From positions 1-20,276 of the forward strand of contig CAKNOI010000023.1 in assembly GCA_930990125.1 (NCBI GenBank): a stretch of 20,276 bases of DNA, written 5' to 3'. The stretch is from an uncultured Clostridiaceae bacterium (GTDB taxonomy: Bacteria; Bacillota; Clostridia; TANB77; CAG-508). The translations under genes were made by a program, and so were the position numbers. Below, piece after piece: positions 16,483 to 20,276 of the stretch (positions within the stretch are counted from its first letter, which is position 1; every line of letters begins with the position of its first letter). The notes under the pieces were generated by a model. It saw nothing but the letters and a program-made list of their open reading frames with translations. It made no database searches and was not told where the DNA came from.

Positions 16483-17517
16483 ATGATAATGAAAAGAAAA
16501 TGTATAGAACTGTTTGCAGGAGCAGGAGGTTTAGCATTAGGACTAGAAGAAGCAGGATTTGAGGAAATAGGATTAATAGAAATAGATAAAACAGCTTGTG
16601 CCACATTAAGATTAAATAGACCTAATTGGAATGTAATAGAAGATGACATTGTTGAATTTTCAAAAAGAGATTTACTGAAAGAATTTAATTTGAAAAAAGG
16701 AGAGTTAGATTTATTATCAGGTGGATACCCTTGTCAATCATTTAGTTATGCAGGGAAAAAATTAGGTTTAGATGATGTCAGAGGTACAATGTTTTATTAT
16801 TATGCTGAATTTTTGAGGCAATTGAAACCTAAAATGTTTTTAGCAGAAAACGTAAAAGGATTAACTACTCATGATGGTGGTAGAACAATAAAAACAATGG
16901 TAGATGTGTTTCAAGATTTAGGTTATGAAGTAGAATGGAAAGTATTAAATGCATGGGATTATGGAGTAGCTGAAAAAAGACAAAGGGTAGTAATAATAGG
17001 CGCTAGAAATGATTTAAAGGGAAAAGTTAAATTTGAGTATCCAAAACCACATGATTATAAACCTGTTTTAAGAGATGTATTACAAAATGTGCCAGAATCG
17101 GTTGGAGCACAATACCCAGAAAAAAAGAAGAAAGTGTTTGATTTAGTACCACCAGGAGGATATTGGAAAGATTTACCTGATGATGTTGCAAGAGATTATA
17201 TGAAATCTTGTTATTTTATGGGTGGAGGAAGAACTGGTATTGCTAGAAGAATTTCATGGGACGAGCCATCGTTAACATTAACATGTTCTCCAATGATGAA
17301 ACAAACAGATAGATGTCATCCAGATGAAAGTAGACCATTTACAACAAGAGAATATGCTAGAATTCAATCTTTTCCAGATGAATGGCAGTTTGCAGGAAAA
17401 ATGAATGATGTATATAAACAAATAGGAAATGCTGTGCCAGTTAATTTAGCTAAGGAAGTAGGAATTTCAATAATGAAAGCTTTAAATAAAGGAGGAGATG
17501 TAAATGTGGAATCTTAG
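16483..17517 (+). CDS. DNA (cytosine-5)-methyltransferase
   Basis: All the classic motifs are present: I ELFAGAGGLALGL, IV GGYPCQSFSYAGK, VI ENVKGL, VIII QRQRVVIIG, IX TTREYARIQSFPDEW, X YKQIGNAVPVNLA. The start may be the second ATG (16489). Confidence 0.95.
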   Translation: MIMKRKCIELFAGAGGLALGLEEAGFEEIGLIEIDKTACATLRLNRPNWNVIEDDIVEFSKRDLLKEFNLKKGELDLLSGGYPCQSFSYAGKKLGLDDVRGTMFYYYAEFLRQLKPKMFLAENVKGLTTHDGGRTIKTMVDVFQDLGYEVEWKVLNAWDYGVAEKRQRVVIIGARNDLKGKVKFEYPKPHDYKPVLRDVLQNVPESVGAQYPEKKKKVFDLVPPGGYWKDLPDDVARDYMKSCYFMGGGRTGIARRISWDEPSLTLTCSPMMKQTDRCHPDESRPFTTREYARIQSFPDEWQFAGKMNDVYKQIGNAVPVNLAKEVGISIMKALNKGGDVNVES

Positions 17518-18256
17518 TTTTATAACAAAAGAAAATTTTAAGGAACATATAAAAAATACAATATCTACTTATGAGAAAACATTAGATGGAATAGATTTAA
17601 GCAAGTTTAATTCAAACATTGTAGATCCAATAAAAATGGTTTTTGACAGTAAAGTATATAGAAAAAGTTTTGAAGAAGTGATAAAAGATGAACTAGTAAG
17701 ACAAAGGGATAAAACAAATTCAAACGCAATAGGATATTTCCATCAAAACATGTTTAAATACATAAAAAATTGTGAAGTTCCAAAAGAAGGATTCGACGTC
17801 ATTTATACAAAAAATGATGGAACTAAAATATATATAGAAATGAAAAATAAGCATAATACAATGAATTCATCTTCATCACAAAAAACATATATGAGAATGT
17901 TAAATAAAATTGCAAATGATAGCACAGCAGAATGTTATTTAGTAGAAGCAATAGCTAAAACTAGTCAAAACATAGTATGGAAAGTTTCTGTTGATGGTGA
18001 AAGAGTTGAAAATGAAAAAATAAGAAGAGTATCTTTAGATAAATTTTATGAAATAGTAACTGGAGATAAAGAAGCTTTTTATAAAATGTGTATGGAATTA
18101 CCAAAAATAATTGATGAAATCATAGAAGAACATAAAGAATTACAAGTCGGTTCAGATACTGTTATTGATGAACTAAAAGAAAAAAATCCAGATTTATTAA
18201 AGGCATTATATTTGCTAGCTTTTAAAGAATATGAAGGATTTGAGAATTTAAAATAA
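17504..18256 (+). CDS. type II restriction endonuclease, PD-(D/E)xK fold (resembles my recollection of the Eco47II family)
   Basis: AGGAGG RBS. Overlaps the methyltransferase stop by 14 nt. Candidate catalytic core GFDVIYTKNDGTKIYIEMKNKHNTMN (D...E-x-K). Also IDPIK and GYFHQ motifs. Confidence 0.65.
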   Translation: MWNLSFITKENFKEHIKNTISTYEKTLDGIDLSKFNSNIVDPIKMVFDSKVYRKSFEEVIKDELVRQRDKTNSNAIGYFHQNMFKYIKNCEVPKEGFDVIYTKNDGTKIYIEMKNKHNTMNSSSSQKTYMRMLNKIANDSTAECYLVEAIAKTSQNIVWKVSVDGERVENEKIRRVSLDKFYEIVTGDKEAFYKMCMELPKIIDEIIEEHKELQVGSDTVIDELKEKNPDLLKALYLLAFKEYEGFENLK

Positions 18257-18282
18257 ATATTGCGGTTGAGGAGAAACAAAAT

Positions 18283-18906
18283 ATGGATATATTAAAATAT
18301 TTAAACTCGATATCAATAACTGTAACGTTAGATAATATTATAGTCGCTAGTATCTTAATAATACTGATAGTCATAGTAATATATTTTATTTATGGAACGA
18401 TAAAATTTTTTTTAAAAAAGAAATTTAAAATTGTAACTATGAATATAAATATAGCAAATATAGGAAGTGTTAGCATTGAAAAGAACAGAGATATTTCTAA
18501 AATAGCACATAAAGCTTGGGTAGAGATAATGACAAGAAAAGTTGGGCTATTGTTTGAAGAAGATAAAGATGTGATCGTAGAAGTATATAATTCATGGTAT
18601 GCATTATTTGGAATTATTAGGGAATTATTAAAAGAAATTGAACCAAGGAAAAAGGATACTGAAATTGAAAAATTAGAAGATATATTAATTAAAACCTTAA
18701 ACTATGGGTTAAGACCTCATTTAACAAAATGGCAAGCTAAATTTAGAAGGTGGTATAAACAAGAAATTGGGATTGGGGAAAATCAAAAATTATCACCACA
18801 AGAAATTCAAAGAAAGTATGATAAATATGATGAACTAGTTGAAGATTTAAAGAAAACCAATAAGCAAATGGTTCAGTTTGCAGAAGAGTTGAAAAAATTG
18901 ATATAA
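18283..18906 (+). CDS. single-pass membrane protein with an uncharacterised helical C-terminal domain
   Basis: GAGGAG RBS 9 nt upstream. TM helix IIVASILIILIVIVIYFIYGTIKFF, then a ~150-aa soluble part (KAWVEIMTRKVGLLFEE...RPHLTKWQAKFRRWYKQE) with no motif I recognise. Confidence 0.7.
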   Translation: MDILKYLNSISITVTLDNIIVASILIILIVIVIYFIYGTIKFFLKKKFKIVTMNINIANIGSVSIEKNRDISKIAHKAWVEIMTRKVGLLFEEDKDVIVEVYNSWYALFGIIRELLKEIEPRKKDTEIEKLEDILIKTLNYGLRPHLTKWQAKFRRWYKQEIGIGENQKLSPQEIQRKYDKYDELVEDLKKTNKQMVQFAEELKKLI

Positions 18907-18961
18907 AATTTTAATTTTTAAATAAATTTTATTTTAACTTGGTAAAGGTTGGAGGAAACGC

Positions 18962-19738
18962 ATGGAATATAACGTATATAAGTTAGGAAATTTAGCAAAA
19001 GGAAAAATAGTTGAAGTAACATTAAAAGGTAATGCTGCAAATGTATTACTTTTAGATAGTAGCAATTATAATAATTATAAAAAAGGGAGGAGATACAAAT
19101 ATTATGGAGGCTTCGTAAAGAAATCTCCATTTAGAATAGTAGTTCCAAATTCTGGACAATGGTATCTAGTTATAAATTTGGGTGGATATAGAGGACGAGT
19201 AAGTACTTCAGTAAAAATTTTACCTGGAATTATGCCTGCTGCTAAAAATTTTAATACATCTGATTTATCTTCATTATTTTTAGGAAATACATCATCTAAT
19301 GATATTGAAAAAGAATATGATGTATTTATATCACATGCTACTGAAGATAAAGATGAGGTTGTAAGACCATTAGCCAATGCATTAAAGAATAGAAATTTGA
19401 ATGTCTGGTATGACGAGTTTGAACTGAAAATTGGAGATAGTTTAAGACAAAAAATTGATAAAGGTGTTGCTAATAGTAAATTTGGAATTGTTATATTGTC
19501 AAAGAACTTTATAAAAAAAGGATGGACAAATTATGAGTTAGATGGATTGATAACTCGTTCAGTTTCCGGACAACAAATATTATTACCTATATGGCATAAT
19601 ATAACTAAACAAGAAGTAATGGATTATTCTCCTTCTATTGCAGACAAAGTTGCGAGAAATACAAGTGTAAATACAATAGAAGAAATAGCAAATGAGATTG
19701 CAGAAATTATAAAAGGAAAGGATGATAAAAATGTATAA
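18962..19738 (+). CDS. DUF1883-TIR fusion protein
   Basis: GGAGG RBS. The N-terminus YKLGNLAKGKIVEVTLKGNAANVLLLDSSNYNNYKKGRRYKYYGG...SGQWYLVINLGGYRG fits the DUF1883 pattern. The C-terminus has TIR motifs YDVFISHATEDKD, WYDEFELKIGDSL, VILSKNFIKKGWTNYELDG and LLPIWH. Confidence 0.85.
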   Translation: MEYNVYKLGNLAKGKIVEVTLKGNAANVLLLDSSNYNNYKKGRRYKYYGGFVKKSPFRIVVPNSGQWYLVINLGGYRGRVSTSVKILPGIMPAAKNFNTSDLSSLFLGNTSSNDIEKEYDVFISHATEDKDEVVRPLANALKNRNLNVWYDEFELKIGDSLRQKIDKGVANSKFGIVILSKNFIKKGWTNYELDGLITRSVSGQQILLPIWHNITKQEVMDYSPSIADKVARNTSVNTIEEIANEIAEIIKGKDDKNV

Positions 19739-20276
19739 TTATTTTAACAACATACAAAAGCATAAAGTCTTTATAAGTTATTATCATAAGGATGACCAAA
19801 AATATAAAAATTATATTGATGATAATTTTAAAGATATAATAATAAATAAATCAGTTATGGACAATGATATAGATTCAGATAATAGTGATGAATATATAAA
19901 GAGACTTATAAGAGAAGATTATATTTCAGATTCATCTGTAGTTATAGTTTTAGTTGGAAAAAATACAAAAACAAGAAAACACGTAGATTGGGAAATATAT
20001 GCAGGATTAAGAGGCAGCGTAAACGGAAATTCGGGTTTAGTTGGAATCTTATTACCAGAATTGCAAAGCAATAATAATCAGTATTATTATGAAGATATTC
20101 CATCCAGACTAGCTGATAATATAAAGAGTGGTTATAGTAAAATGTATGATTGGAATTATGCAATTAATAATTTTAAATCAATAATTGATGAAGCTTTTGA
20201 AAATAGAATAAAATTAAAAGATAAAATAGATAATTCAAGAAATCAAATGCAAAATAATACTACTGGATGGTATTAA
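19722..20276 (+). CDS. ThsB-type TIR-like protein (DUF1863 / MTH538 TIR-like family)
   Basis: HKVFISYYHKDD ... SSVVIVLVGKNTKTRKHVDWEIYAGL parallels the Bacillus ThsB motif VTCVLIGSQTFNRRWVRYEI. The likely start is ATG 19731, which overlaps the upstream stop (ATGTATAA). The stop codon is the last 3 nt of the window. Confidence 0.8.
   Translation: MIKMYNYFNNIQKHKVFISYYHKDDQKYKNYIDDNFKDIIINKSVMDNDIDSDNSDEYIKRLIREDYISDSSVVIVLVGKNTKTRKHVDWEIYAGLRGSVNGNSGLVGILLPELQSNNNQYYYEDIPSRLADNIKSGYSKMYDWNYAINNFKSIIDEAFENRIKLKDKIDNSRNQMQNNTTGWY

Larger units (their letters stand above)
15694..20276 (+). other. A-rich defence-type gene island (right end outside the window)
   Basis: Starts at the truncation point of the M14 gene. 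One promoter, six co-directional tightly packed genes (R-M plus TIR proteins). Coding-strand composition is visibly more A-rich than in the flanking genes. Confidence 0.55.

Noticed and set aside
18283-18906. Assigning the 207-aa membrane protein as a type II Thoeris ThsA (TM-Macro) or a SLATT-type 2TM effector
   Set aside because: It has only one TM helix. The soluble part looks all-helical and shows none of the Gly-rich Macro signatures I know. Without profile or structure searches no family can be claimed, so it is left as unknown.
15930-20163. Minus-strand ORFs in the island (15930..16118, 16467..16649, 18079..18279, 18918..19130, 19102..19377, 19942..20163)
   Set aside because: All are antisense to + strand genes with clear domain signatures, or overlie the promoter. 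None has an RBS or a recognisable motif.

Overview
Low-GC Firmicutes-like (Clostridia or Tissierellia-type) chromosomal window with three parts. (1) 1-2300: ordinary genes. These are a small CBM25/53-like protein, an SDR oxidoreductase, a tRNA-Lys/Glu/Thr operon on the minus strand and a DUF1858 redox protein. (2) 2550-15693: a type IV secretion/conjugation-like gene set split into two convergent blocks. The + block carries a coupling-protein-like ATPase and VirB2-, VirB6- and VirB3/PrgI-like membrane proteins. The - block carries a VirB4-like ATPase broken into three ORFs, a CpaE/ParA-like ATPase and a 5'-truncated M14 peptidase. Between the blocks lie housekeeping replication genes (DnaD-domain protein, DnaI/DnaC-like loader, gyrA). 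A 32-bp imperfect inverted repeat flanking 109 bp lies at 11226-11398. No relaxase, integrase, CRISPR array or rRNA gene is visible. (3) 15694-20276: an A-rich, tightly packed six-gene + strand island that begins where the M14 peptidase gene is cut off. It has one strong promoter, then an ASCH-domain protein, a C5 cytosine methyltransferase, a PD-(D/E)xK restriction endonuclease, a 207-aa single-pass membrane protein, a DUF1883-TIR fusion and a ThsB-type (DUF1863) TIR-like protein. The best candidate for something new is the membrane protein plus two different TIR proteins (18283-20276). It resembles Thoeris but has no recognisable ThsA (SIR2-SLOG or Macro) effector in the window. The window ends exactly at the stop codon of the last TIR gene, so a downstream effector cannot be excluded. 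All family assignments come from motif recognition by eye; no searches were run.
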